Positions 20,684-29,711 of a stretch of DNA of 64,000 nt are shown piece after piece (position 1 is the first letter of the stretch; each line of letters begins with the position of its first letter). The DNA comes from Chloroflexota bacterium. Lineage in GTDB: Bacteria > Chloroflexota > Dehalococcoidia > Dehalococcoidales > JBDRCY01. The notes under the pieces were generated by a model. The model did no database searches and was not told where the DNA came from. It saw only the letters and a list, made by a program, of their open reading frames with translations. Both the position numbers and the translations under genes were made by a program. The DNA lies in NCBI GenBank assembly GCA_043821265.1, contig JBDRCY010000015.1, positions 10,558 to 74,557 on the forward strand. The letters run 5' to 3'.

Positions 20684-21086
20684 TAGCCTTCGCCTCCATA
20701 TTCGTCTTGATAAATTCGCTGATACCGGTAAGCGAGGTGCCCGGCCCGAATACCATGGCGATACCCGCCTCTTTCAGCCGGGGAATGTCCTTATCGGGTA
20801 TAATACCCCCGCCGATAAACATGATGTCCTTATCGGCCTTCTCCCTGATAAGCTGCACCGTCCTGGGGAATAATGTCAGATGCGCTCCAGAGAGGCAACT
20901 GAGCCCCACCACATCCACATCCTCCTGCAGGACGGCCTCGGCAATCTGCTCCGGGGTCAGCCTAAGACCCAGGTAGACCACTTCCATCCCGGCATCCCTC
21001 AGGCCCCGGGCCACCACCTTGGCCCCCCTATCGTGCCCGTCTAAGCCCGGCTTAGCTATCAATACCCTTATCTTTTTACCTTCCAT
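20667..21086 (-). CDS. Methylmalonyl-CoA mutase, small B12-binding subunit
   Basis: 139 aa. [34 protein letters not shown] contains the DxHxxG cobalamin-binding motif. Confidence 0.9.
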   Translation of the reverse strand: MEGKKIRVLIAKPGLDGHDRGAKVVARGLRDAGMEVVYLGLRLTPEQIAEAVLQEDVDVVGLSCLSGAHLTLFPRTVQLIREKADKDIMFIGGGIIPDKDIPRLKEAGIAMVFGPGTSLTGISEFIKTNMEAKANARKN

Positions 21087-21121
21087 ACTAGACCTCGCTA
21101 AGTTTTATTCAGTAACCCGGA

Positions 21122-22735
21122 TTAGAGAAAACTGGGCTCCCGGTATTCGCCAAATACATCCCGCAGGGCATCGCTTATCTCGCCAATGGTGGCATAGGTC
21201 TTAACCGCCTCAATGAGCACCGGCATGATATTCTCGTCGCTCCTCTTGGCCACCTCGCGGACCCGGGCCAATGCCTGCTCCACCTGCTTATTATCACGCT
21301 CCCGGCGGAGTTTTTCCACCCTCTTTACCTGCTTCTCCTCCACCGTCTGGTCAAGCTCAAAGAGTTCGGGGGTAACATCCCCCTCCACCGTAAACTTATT
21401 CACGCCGACAACCACCTGCTCACCCGACTCAACCGCCTTCTGGTAATCATAGGCCGAGCGGGCCAGTTCCTGCTGAACATAGCCCTTCCTGACCGCCTCC
21501 AGGGCACCACCCATCTCGTCGACCTGCTTAATATAGCGGAATATCCCATCCTCAATATGGTTGGTCAACCACTCCATATAATAGGAGCCGGCCAGGGGGT
21601 CAACGGTATCGGCGACACCGCTTTCATAAGCGATAATCTGCTGTGTCCTTAGGGCTATCTGTACCGATTCCTCGGTGGGCAGGGACAGCGCCTCGTCATA
21701 CGAGGTAGTGGCCAGCGACTGGCAACCGCCCAGCACACAGGCCAGGGCCGAGATGGTGGTGCGGACAATGTTATTCAGCGGCTGCTGGGCCGTCGAGGTA
21801 AAACCGTCGTTCTGCACATGGAACCGGAACATCATCGAACTCGGGTTCCGGGCACCAAACCTCTCTTTCATTATCCTGGACCAGGCGCGGCGCATAGCCC
21901 GGAACTTGGCTACCTCCTCTATGAGGTTGGTATAACAGGCCAGCATAAAGGAGAACTGGGGGGCAAAAGAATCGACCTGCATGCCCTTATCCAGCATCGC
22001 CTGCACATAGGCAATCCCGTCAGCCAGGCAGAAGGCGGCTTCCTGAATGGCGGTGGCCCCCGCCTCCCGCATGTGGTAACTGCAGATGCTGATGGAATTC
22101 CACTTCGGCATATGCTCCGCACAGTAGCAACAGAGGTCGGTGGTCAACCGCATCGACGCCCCCGGCTCAAAGACATAGGTATTGCGGGCGATATACTCCT
22201 TCAAGATATCATTCTGCACCGTCCCCCTCATCTGGCTGGTATCCGCCCCCTGTTTCTCAGCGGCGGCGATATACATGGCCATGGCGATGGCTGCCGTGGC
22301 ATTGATGGTCATCGAGGTGCTCACCTCAGCCAGCGAAATACCGTCCCACAGCCGCTCCATATCCTGAAGAGAGTCTATCGCCACCCCACACCGGCCCACC
22401 TCGCCGCGAGACATGGGGTGGTCCGAATCATAACCAATCTGCGTCGGCAGATGAAAGGCGACACTGAAGCCGGTATTCCCCTGCTCATACAGGTACTTAT
22501 AGCGTTTATTTGTCTCCTCCACCGTGGCGAACCCGGCGTACTGGCGCATCGTCCACAGCCGGCCCCGGTAGCCCGTCGCCCGGACACCCCGGGTAAAGGG
22601 GTATTCTCCGGGGAGTCCATTATCCGCCTTGGCCCCGGCCAGGTCATCCTGAGTATATGTCCGCTTAACCTCGGTGCCATCGACGGTAGTGAAGAACTTC
22701 TCTTTCCTCTCCTCTGCCTTCTTCGCTTCGGCCAT
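21122..22735 (-). CDS. Methylmalonyl-CoA mutase, large catalytic (TIM-barrel) subunit
   Basis: 537 aa. [45 protein letters not shown], and [12 protein letters not shown] motifs of split-type MCM. Confidence 0.9.
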   Translation of the reverse strand: MAEAKKAEERKEKFFTTVDGTEVKRTYTQDDLAGAKADNGLPGEYPFTRGVRATGYRGRLWTMRQYAGFATVEETNKRYKYLYEQGNTGFSVAFHLPTQIGYDSDHPMSRGEVGRCGVAIDSLQDMERLWDGISLAEVSTSMTINATAAIAMAMYIAAAEKQGADTSQMRGTVQNDILKEYIARNTYVFEPGASMRLTTDLCCYCAEHMPKWNSISICSYHMREAGATAIQEAAFCLADGIAYVQAMLDKGMQVDSFAPQFSFMLACYTNLIEEVAKFRAMRRAWSRIMKERFGARNPSSMMFRFHVQNDGFTSTAQQPLNNIVRTTISALACVLGGCQSLATTSYDEALSLPTEESVQIALRTQQIIAYESGVADTVDPLAGSYYMEWLTNHIEDGIFRYIKQVDEMGGALEAVRKGYVQQELARSAYDYQKAVESGEQVVVGVNKFTVEGDVTPELFELDQTVEEKQVKRVEKLRRERDNKQVEQALARVREVAKRSDENIMPVLIEAVKTYATIGEISDALRDVFGEYREPSFL

Positions 22736-22772
22736 TACGCGCCTACCTCCTATCTATCCCTGGTGACATTCC

Positions 22773-23537
22773 CTAACCGGCCTCCGGTGACGGCTTTGGC
22801 TTCTGCCCGCGCTTCTCTATCTCCCGGTAAAGCTCGGCGATGCCGATATTATTCACCGCCTGGGTGATAATAACCGGTGGCTCTACCCCCCTGGCGCCGG
22901 TAACAATCCCCTTACCAAGTTCCAGGGCCATATTCTCCGCCCCCTCGCGGTCGCCCTTGTTAACCACGACGATATCGGCAATCTCGACGAAGCCGGCCTT
23001 CATGAGCTGGATGCCATCCCCGAACTCCGGCACCAGCACCACCACCACCGTATCCGCCAGCTTGATAACCTCCACCTCGGTCTGGCCGACACCCACCGTC
23101 TCCACGATAACGACATCCTTACCGGAAGCGTCCAGCAGGTCAACCGCCACCGTAGCGGCCCGGCATAAGCCGCCGGAGATGCCCCGGGTGGCCATACTGC
23201 GGATGAAGACACCATTATCCATATAATGCTGCTGCATCCTCACCCGGTCACCCAGCAGGGCGCCACCACTGATATAGCTGCTCGGGTCGATAGCCACGAC
23301 CCCTACCGACAGGCCCTTGTTTCTCATAAGGGTAATCAGACCGTCAATCAGGGTGCTCTTGCCGGCCCCCGGCGGGCCGGTAATACCGACACGATAGGCC
23401 TTGCCCAGGCGAGAAGAAATTAGCTGCCTTATCTCGGGAACATCGGCACTCCCCTCCTCCACCAGACTAATAAGACGGGCGAGGGAGGTCTTGCTTCCGG
23501 CCAGCATATCTTTTACTAACGCGGGGATATCCTGCAT
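22773..23537 (-). CDS. meaB: MeaB/ArgK-type G3E GTPase (MCM chaperone), short form
   Basis: 254 aa. P-loop GITGPPGAGKSTLID, VETVGVGQ, VVNKGD. It is adjacent to the MCM subunits, and the C-terminal extension is shorter than I recall for typical MeaB. Confidence 0.85.
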   Translation of the reverse strand: MQDIPALVKDMLAGSKTSLARLISLVEEGSADVPEIRQLISSRLGKAYRVGITGPPGAGKSTLIDGLITLMRNKGLSVGVVAIDPSSYISGGALLGDRVRMQQHYMDNGVFIRSMATRGISGGLCRAATVAVDLLDASGKDVVIVETVGVGQTEVEVIKLADTVVVVLVPEFGDGIQLMKAGFVEIADIVVVNKGDREGAENMALELGKGIVTGARGVEPPVIITQAVNNIGIAELYREIEKRGQKPKPSPEAG

Positions 23538-23598
23538 ATTGAGACGTCCTAGCCCCAGCTACCATGAAATGGTGCACCTAAAGTGGCCACCGCCGGTT

Positions 23599-24465
23599 CT
23601 ATTTCTTTCCTTCCTGGCTATAATCGTAGAACCCCTTGCCACTCTTACGCCCCAGCCAGCCGGCGGCCACCATCTTCTTCATTAATGTCGGCGGCAGATA
23701 CCGCTCATCCTTGGTCTCGTCATATATGGCGCTTACCGCGGCACAGGTAACCTCAATACCGACCAGGTCCTGCAGCGCCAACTGCCCCATAGGGTGACCC
23801 AGACCCAGGGTCAGGGCAGTATCGATGTCCTCCCTGGTGGCAATGCCATCCTCCAGCATACGGATGGCATCCAGCCGGAAGGGGAGCTGCAGGCGGTTGA
23901 CGATGAAACCGGGGACGTCCGGGGCCACGATAACCGTCTTACCCAGCGTCTCGCCGAAGCTCTTACCGATTTTGACGGTCTCCTCACCAGCAGCGATGCT
24001 CTTTACCAGCTCCAGCAGCTTCATAAGCTGCGGCGGGTTGAAGAAGTGAAGCCCCAGCACCTTCTCCGGTCTATTGGTGGCATTAGCGATATCAATAACC
24101 GATAAACTGGAGGTGTTACTGGCCAGGATAGTCTTTGCCTGGCAGGCCTTGTCCAGCTCAGCGAATATCTTCTTCTTTATCTCTATATTCTCCACAGCGG
24201 CCTCTATCACCAGGTCGCAATCGGAGAAGTCCCCCATACTGGTGGTACCCTTGATGCGGGACAGGGTAGCCTCCTTCTCCTCCGGGGTAACCTTACCCCT
24301 TTCCACCCCCTTGACCAGAAAGGCCTCAATCTTGGCCAGGCCCTTATTAAGCAGCTCATCGTTTATCTCCGAAACCACCACCTGATAGCCCGATTGGGCA
24401 CAGAGCTGAGCGATACCGCCACCCATGGTCCCACAGCCGACCACTCCAACCTTTTTAATCTCCAT
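23599..24465 (-). CDS. hbd: 3-hydroxyacyl/3-hydroxybutyryl-CoA dehydrogenase (copy 1)
   Basis: 288 aa. Rossmann VGVVGCGTMGGGIAQ, HFFNPP, PGFIVNR. Confidence 0.85.
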   Translation of the reverse strand: MEIKKVGVVGCGTMGGGIAQLCAQSGYQVVVSEINDELLNKGLAKIEAFLVKGVERGKVTPEEKEATLSRIKGTTSMGDFSDCDLVIEAAVENIEIKKKIFAELDKACQAKTILASNTSSLSVIDIANATNRPEKVLGLHFFNPPQLMKLLELVKSIAAGEETVKIGKSFGETLGKTVIVAPDVPGFIVNRLQLPFRLDAIRMLEDGIATREDIDTALTLGLGHPMGQLALQDLVGIEVTCAAVSAIYDETKDERYLPPTLMKKMVAAGWLGRKSGKGFYDYSQEGKK

Positions 24466-24525
24466 TATGCTGTCCTCCCGCTAGTTTATATCACGCCTCC
24501 GGACACTTTAGCCGTCCGCCCGGCC

Positions 24526-25392
24526 CTATTTCTTTTCTCCCTGGCTATAATCGTAGAACCCCTTACCGGTCTTGACCCCCAGCCAGCCGGCAGCCACCAT
24601 CTTCCTTAGCAGCACCGGGGCAATATACTTGGGGTTCCTGGTAACCTCGTAGATAGCATCCAGGATGAAGAGGTTGGTGTCGTTACCGATAAAGTCGGCC
24701 AGGGTCAGCGGCCCCATGGGGTGATTCAATGCCCGCTGTATGCCGTTATCGATATCCTCTTTGGAGGCAATACCGGCCTCCAGCATGCGGATGGCATTGA
24801 CCAGGAAGGGCATCAGCAGACGGTTGACAATAAAGCCGGGGATATCCGGAGCGATGACCACCGTCTTACCCACCGATTCGGCGAAGCTCTTGCCAACTTG
24901 GAGCGTATCCTCGCTGGTAGCGATGCTCCTGACCACCTCGACCAGTTTCATTATCGGCGGTGGATTAAAGAAGTGTATCCCCAGCACCTTGTCCAGCTTA
25001 CCGGTCGCCCCGGCCACATCGATAACCGATAGACAGGAGGTATTGGTGGCCAGGATAGCCTCCTTACGGCAGACCTTATCCAGCTCGGCGAATATCTGTT
25101 TTTTTAATTCCATCTTCTCGATGGCCGCCTCTATTACCAGGTCGCAGTCGGCGAAATCCTTTACGCTGGTGGTACCCTTGAGACGAGCCAGGGTAGCATC
25201 CATGTCCGGCTGGGTAATCCGCTCCTTAGCCACACCCTTGGCCAGGTTGGTGCTGATTGCCCCCAGGCCCTTCTTAAGCAGCTCATCGTTTATCTCCGAG
25301 ACCACCACGTCGTAGCCTGCCTGGGCACAGACCTGAGCGATACCACCGCCCATCTGCCCGCAGCCGACCACGCCAACCCTTTTAATCTCCAT
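24526..25392 (-). CDS. hbd: 3-hydroxyacyl/3-hydroxybutyryl-CoA dehydrogenase (copy 2, tandem paralog)
   Basis: 288 aa, same length and motifs as copy 1 (VGVVGCGQMGGGIAQ, HFFNPP, PGFIVNR). The N- and C-termini are almost identical between the two copies. Confidence 0.85.
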   Translation of the reverse strand: MEIKRVGVVGCGQMGGGIAQVCAQAGYDVVVSEINDELLKKGLGAISTNLAKGVAKERITQPDMDATLARLKGTTSVKDFADCDLVIEAAIEKMELKKQIFAELDKVCRKEAILATNTSCLSVIDVAGATGKLDKVLGIHFFNPPPIMKLVEVVRSIATSEDTLQVGKSFAESVGKTVVIAPDIPGFIVNRLLMPFLVNAIRMLEAGIASKEDIDNGIQRALNHPMGPLTLADFIGNDTNLFILDAIYEVTRNPKYIAPVLLRKMVAAGWLGVKTGKGFYDYSQGEKK

Positions 25393-25418
25393 ATTCCGGC
25401 CTCCGCAAATCTTTTATA

Positions 25419-25462
25419 ATTTACCCTTAAACTCGGGCCTATTTACCCTTAAACTCGGGCCT
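25419..25462. repeat. Perfect 22-bp tandem duplication (ATTTACCCTTAAACTCGGGCCT x2) spanning the stop codon of the enoyl-CoA hydratase gene
   Basis: Read directly: 25419-25440 equals 25441-25462. Copy 2 encodes the C-terminal ..PEFKGK* and copy 1 lies just past the stop. Confidence 0.95.
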
Positions 25463-26209
25463 TCTCTTTTCCCTGAAGGCCTGCGTCCCCTCGTCAAAGT
25501 CCTCGGTAGCCATAACCTTGTTAAACAGCAGGCTTTCCAGCTTCAGGCCTTCATCCAGAGACAGGCTGGCACCCTGGTACATGGCCTGCTTGGCGGCCCT
25601 GACCGCCAGCGGCCCGGCCTTGCAGATGGTCTCCGCCCACTTCTTGGCCGTCGGCATCAGCTCCTCCAGCGGCACCACCTCGTTCACCAGACCTATGCGG
25701 TAGGCCTCCTGAGCATCTATGCGCTTGGCCGCCAGCAAAAGCTCGGCTGCCTTGCACCAGGGAATCTGGCGCGGCAGTCTCTGGGTACCACCGCTACCCG
25801 GCATCAAGCCGATAAGTATCTCCGGCTGGCCGAACTGGGCATTCTCAGCGGCGATTCTAATGTCGCAGGACAGCACCAGTTCGCTGCCGCCACCCAGGGC
25901 CAGCCCGTTAACCGCCGCGATGAGCGGCTTCCACAGCTCCAGGCCCCGTGTTATCTGGGGCAGTACCCGCCAGGGGGTATTCTCGTTCTCCTTCATGAAA
26001 GGCAGGGTCTCATTTATATCGGCACCGGCGCAAAAGGCCTTCTCCCCGGTACCGGTGAGTATGCCCACCCACAAATCCGGGTCATCCCGGAAGTCGACCA
26101 TAGCCTCATACAGCTCCTTCTTAACCTCAAGGTTAAGCGCGTTACGGGCCTCCGGTCGATTTATGGTGAAGATAGCGATCTTACCCTCTTTTACGTAATC
26201 GACAGCCAT
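25439..26209 (-). CDS. Enoyl-CoA hydratase (crotonase family)
   Basis: 256 aa. FCAGADI, ALGGGSELVLSCDIRIA, FGQPEILIGLMPGSGGTQRL. Confidence 0.87.
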   Translation of the reverse strand: MAVDYVKEGKIAIFTINRPEARNALNLEVKKELYEAMVDFRDDPDLWVGILTGTGEKAFCAGADINETLPFMKENENTPWRVLPQITRGLELWKPLIAAVNGLALGGGSELVLSCDIRIAAENAQFGQPEILIGLMPGSGGTQRLPRQIPWCKAAELLLAAKRIDAQEAYRIGLVNEVVPLEELMPTAKKWAETICKAGPLAVRAAKQAMYQGASLSLDEGLKLESLLFNKVMATEDFDEGTQAFREKRRPEFKGK

Positions 26210-26235
26210 GATTTACCTCCCTATTCAGTACTGAA

Positions 26236-26661
26236 TTATTTACTTACCGGCCTGAACTTATAGCAGTAGCGGGTAATCCCCTCCTGCTCGTAAAGCCGCC
26301 GGAAGACAACCTCGACGTCGGTGCCAATCTCAACCGCCTCCGGCTTGACCTCGCAATCGGTCAGCTGCGCCACTGTAAGCGGCCCTTCCTCCAGCTTGAC
26401 TATGCCCACCATAAAGGCACCGTCCATGCTCTGCTGGTCATCGAACTCACCGGGAGCGGCATAGCGGGCAATCATGGTATAGGTAAAGATTTTTCCCTTA
26501 CCACTCAGGGGAAAGTCCTCCATATTGTTTGAGTTGCACTCAGGACAAATGAGCCGTGCCGGGAAAATAATAGCGCCGCAGCCCTTGCATTTATTGCCGA
26601 CGAGCCGGTACCGGCGGTCTATTGTCGCCACATAAGCCGGTAATGTTACATAAGAAGTCAT
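26236..26661 (-). CDS. DUF35 Zn-ribbon/OB-fold protein (thiolase-associated)
   Basis: 141 aa. CKGCGAIIFPARLICPECNS zinc ribbon followed by an OB-fold-like region. Positioned after the thiolase and HMGCS-like genes. Confidence 0.75.
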   Translation of the reverse strand: MTSYVTLPAYVATIDRRYRLVGNKCKGCGAIIFPARLICPECNSNNMEDFPLSGKGKIFTYTMIARYAAPGEFDDQQSMDGAFMVGIVKLEEGPLTVAQLTDCEVKPEAVEIGTDVEVVFRRLYEQEGITRYCYKFRPVSK

Positions 26662-26671
26662 CTGTTCACCC

Positions 26672-27688
26672 CTAACTCCTGACGCTGCTCAGGAATCTCC
26701 TTTCCTTTAAATAGGTCACATAATCTATATATTCCTTGTCCTCAAGGTAGTCGGCCACCCTTTTAACCGGGGCGCTGCTGGATTTCTCTACTACCAGGCT
26801 CAGGGCATCGCTGCCCGGCCCGTAGGAGGCCAGCACTATTCTCTCCCCGACCCCGGCACTGTCCAGCACATGGGCCAGAGAGAACAGGGTGGAACAGGCC
26901 CCCAGGTTTCCCGTCTGGGGTGCCAGATTACCGGCGGCCAGCTGCTCCTTCTCGAACTTGAACCTGGCCACCGCCCGGGCCGGTGTGCGGGCATCGGGCG
27001 ACTGGATGATGACATGATTTATATCGGCAGGCTCCTTGCCTATCCTGGCCAGCAGGCCCTTGAGGGCCGCCGTAACCGACTCCTGGAAATACTGGACCCT
27101 TAGCTCATGGTCACGGGTGTACTGGTCCCAGGGCAGACGGAACCTCTCCCCATATGTCTCCGCGGCCACCGAGTAAGCACCCTCCAGCACCGCCAGTGGA
27201 CCATCGCTACCCACGATAAAGGCCGCCGCACCCGCCGCCAGGCCATGCTCCAGGTTGCGGTCGGGGGCCGCTATCGCGGCATCCGCAGCCACCGCCAGGG
27301 CATAACCGTCATCGCCGGCCCGAACCTTGTCACAGGCCGCCAGCAGGGCCGCCGTCCCCGACTTGGTACTGGCCGTAAAATCGGCCGTCCGCACATCGGA
27401 TTTAGCGCCCAGGGCCACCGCAATGGTCGGTGCCGACGGCTTATCGACATAGGGCCCGTAGGAATCGCCCAAATAAATAGCCCGAATATCTTCGGGCTTT
27501 ATACCAGACTGCGCAATGGCATTCTTGGCCGCCTCAACCGACATGGTGGCCACATCTTCATCGTATTTCGGTACCGCTTTCTCTTTCACACCGGGGGCAG
27601 CAAATGTCTCCCAGACCTTAAGGTACTCATCGGCCTTTATCCGGTACCGCGGCAAATACGCGCCATAACCCACTATGCCTACTGTCAT
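26672..27688 (-). CDS. HMG-CoA synthase-fold (archaeal-type) protein, apparently lacking the canonical catalytic residues
   Basis: 338 aa. The N-terminus VGIVGYGAYLPRYRI and the ..KSGTAAL.. block align by eye with archaeal HMGCS. The positions I expect to be GSES, ACK and HQP read GDSY, STK and IQSP. Confidence 0.6.
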   Translation of the reverse strand: MTVGIVGYGAYLPRYRIKADEYLKVWETFAAPGVKEKAVPKYDEDVATMSVEAAKNAIAQSGIKPEDIRAIYLGDSYGPYVDKPSAPTIAVALGAKSDVRTADFTASTKSGTAALLAACDKVRAGDDGYALAVAADAAIAAPDRNLEHGLAAGAAAFIVGSDGPLAVLEGAYSVAAETYGERFRLPWDQYTRDHELRVQYFQESVTAALKGLLARIGKEPADINHVIIQSPDARTPARAVARFKFEKEQLAAGNLAPQTGNLGACSTLFSLAHVLDSAGVGERIVLASYGPGSDALSLVVEKSSSAPVKRVADYLEDKEYIDYVTYLKERRFLSSVRS

Positions 27689-27713
27689 AATCTGTCTCTC
27701 CTAAGTCCGTTCG

Positions 27714-28883
27714 TTATATTTTGAGGATATGCACACAGGCCGTCCCGCCGGAGCCGCCCACATTATGCGCCAGGGCGACCTCCGCCCCCTTCACCTGCCG
27801 CTCCGGCTCCTGGGCCTCACCCCTCAGCTGATTGACCACCTCGTAGATCTGGCCGATGCCGGTGGTGCCGATAGGATGGCCTTTCGCCTTCAGGCCGCCG
27901 CTAACATTCACCGGGATGCGGCCGCCAATCTGAGTATGCCCCTCCGCAATAAGCCGGCCACCCTCACCCAGCTTGGCGAAGCCCAGGCTTTCGTAGCTGA
28001 TTAGCTCGGCAATGGTAAAGCAATCATGAACCTCGGCAAAGTCGATGTCCTCCGGCTTCATCCCGGCCTGCTCATAGGCCTGCCGGGCCGCCACCTCCGC
28101 CGCCATCAGCCGGGTCATATCCTTCCGGTCATGGATGGCCAGGTAATCGGTGCCCGACCCGGCCCCGGCTACCCATACCGGCTTATCCGTATAGTTCTGG
28201 GCCAGGTCACCGCGACAGAGGATTACCACCGACGCCCCATCGGTAACCGGGCAGAGGTCGAAAAGGCCGAAGGGATAGGCGAAATAACCGGCCGACATGT
28301 ACTGCTCCATGGTTACCTTGAAACGGAGCTGCGCCTTGGGGTTCTTGCTGGCATTAGCGTGGTTCTTGACCGATATCATCCCCAGCTGCTCCTTGGTGGT
28401 GCCATGCTCGTGCATGTGGCGCATGGCTACCATGGCGTAGATACTGGGGAAGTTGGTGCCCGCCAGTCTCTCCCATTCCACGTCTCCCGAGACCCCCAGC
28501 CAGAAGCGGTTTCTCTCCCGCGGCAGGTCGGTCATCTTCTCCACCCCACCGGCGATGACCACATCGCGCATCCCCGACTTTATCGCCATAACCGCCGCCC
28601 TGAAGGCAAAGGAGCCGGAGGCACAGGCATTTTCCACCCTGGTGGCCGGGATATAAGGGATATTGGCCTGTTCCACCATAAGGGCCGCCATGTTACCCAG
28701 CTGGTTGCCACCCGTCTGCAGGGTGCCGATATAGGCCTCCTGGATATCCTTGGGGTCTATCCCCTTATCCGCATTGGCCAGGGCATCTAAATAGGACTCG
28801 ATAAACAGGTCCTTAAACCCCTTGTCGGGGAAGGAGCCATACTTCGTCTGACCGACGCCAATCACTGCTACTTCTTTGTCCAT
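27714..28883 (-). CDS. Thiolase (acetyl-CoA acetyltransferase, SCP-x/archaeal type)
   Basis: 389 aa. Nucleophile motif VENACASGSFAF, C-terminal GGLKAKGHPIGTTG and HNVGGSGGTACVHIL. Confidence 0.87.
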   Translation of the reverse strand: MDKEVAVIGVGQTKYGSFPDKGFKDLFIESYLDALANADKGIDPKDIQEAYIGTLQTGGNQLGNMAALMVEQANIPYIPATRVENACASGSFAFRAAVMAIKSGMRDVVIAGGVEKMTDLPRERNRFWLGVSGDVEWERLAGTNFPSIYAMVAMRHMHEHGTTKEQLGMISVKNHANASKNPKAQLRFKVTMEQYMSAGYFAYPFGLFDLCPVTDGASVVILCRGDLAQNYTDKPVWVAGAGSGTDYLAIHDRKDMTRLMAAEVAARQAYEQAGMKPEDIDFAEVHDCFTIAELISYESLGFAKLGEGGRLIAEGHTQIGGRIPVNVSGGLKAKGHPIGTTGIGQIYEVVNQLRGEAQEPERQVKGAEVALAHNVGGSGGTACVHILKI

Positions 28884-28914
28884 AAATTCTCCTTACCGTC
28901 ACCAGTTTTGGGGG

Positions 28915-28930
28915 AATTAGCCCGCTAATT
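28915..28930. promoter_or_regulatory. 16-bp perfect palindrome AATTAGC-CC-GCTAATT upstream of the thiolase operon (candidate operator)
   Basis: Read directly. It lies 32-47 nt upstream of the thiolase ATG and overlaps -10-like hexamers (TAAGCT/GCTAAT) on the minus strand. Confidence 0.3.
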
Positions 28931-29009
28931 AGCTTAGCATATCAACGCCGATTTATGCAAGATGAACTCACGCCTGAAGCGCCGCCTCGGGTTGGCCTCA
29001 AATGGGCCG

Positions 29010-29597
29010 CTAAAGCCCCCGCCACAGCTCCTTAACCCTGGCCCGCAACTCGCTGAGGTCACCATCGGTATTGATGAGCACATCGGCCCGCCTGGTCCGC
29101 TCCGCCGCCGGGAGCTGAGAGCGAATGCGGGCCAGCGAATCCTCCTCGGAGAGTCCGCTGCGTTCCTTAAGCCGCTTGAGCACGGTATCCTCGGCAGCTA
29201 CCGTAACCCAGACCTCATCCACTAGCGGCGTCCAGCCGCCCTCCAGTAAAAGGGGGGCCTCCAGCACCACCACCCTGTCCCCCCGCCGCCGGTGCTCATC
29301 GAGCTGGGCCGCTACCATATCGTACATCCTGGGGTGCATTATCCGGTTTAACCGTGACAGGGCCTCCGGGCTGGCAAAAACCATCTCCCCCAGCTTTCTA
29401 CGGTCAATATCCCCGCTGGGGGTAAGGACCTGCCGTCCGAAGGCAGCCACCACCTCCCGCCATATCTCAGAGCCGGACTCGAGGGCCTCGTGGCCCACTT
29501 TATCGGCATCTATGATAACCGCACCCAGCTCGGCCAGAAACTGCGCTACCGTGCTCTTGCCACTGCCAATACCACCGGTAAGGCCAATAACCTTCAT
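29010..29597 (-). CDS. coaE: Dephospho-CoA kinase
   Basis: MKVIGLTGGIGSGKST P-loop at the N-terminus, about 195 aa. ATG at 29597 is preferred over the GTG one codon upstream. Confidence 0.9.
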   Translation of the reverse strand: MKVIGLTGGIGSGKSTVAQFLAELGAVIIDADKVGHEALESGSEIWREVVAAFGRQVLTPSGDIDRRKLGEMVFASPEALSRLNRIMHPRMYDMVAAQLDEHRRRGDRVVVLEAPLLLEGGWTPLVDEVWVTVAAEDTVLKRLKERSGLSEEDSLARIRSQLPAAERTRRADVLINTDGDLSELRARVKELWRGL

Positions 29598-29617
29598 CAC
29601 TATTAATTCCCCTAACC

Positions 29618-29646
29618 AGTCTATCGGTAAGTAATTAAGCCGTCAA
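29618..29646 (-). promoter_or_regulatory. Candidate promoter for coaE (-35 TTGACG, 17-nt spacer, -10 TAGACT)
   Basis: The minus strand reads TTGACG-gcttaattacttaccga-TAGACT, about 20 nt upstream of the coaE start. Confidence 0.5.
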
Positions 29647-29711
29647 GGGAAAAAGGCTCACCATAACCCCCTTTTTATGGTGATTATGGTGGACCCCATC
29701 CCCTATATCCC

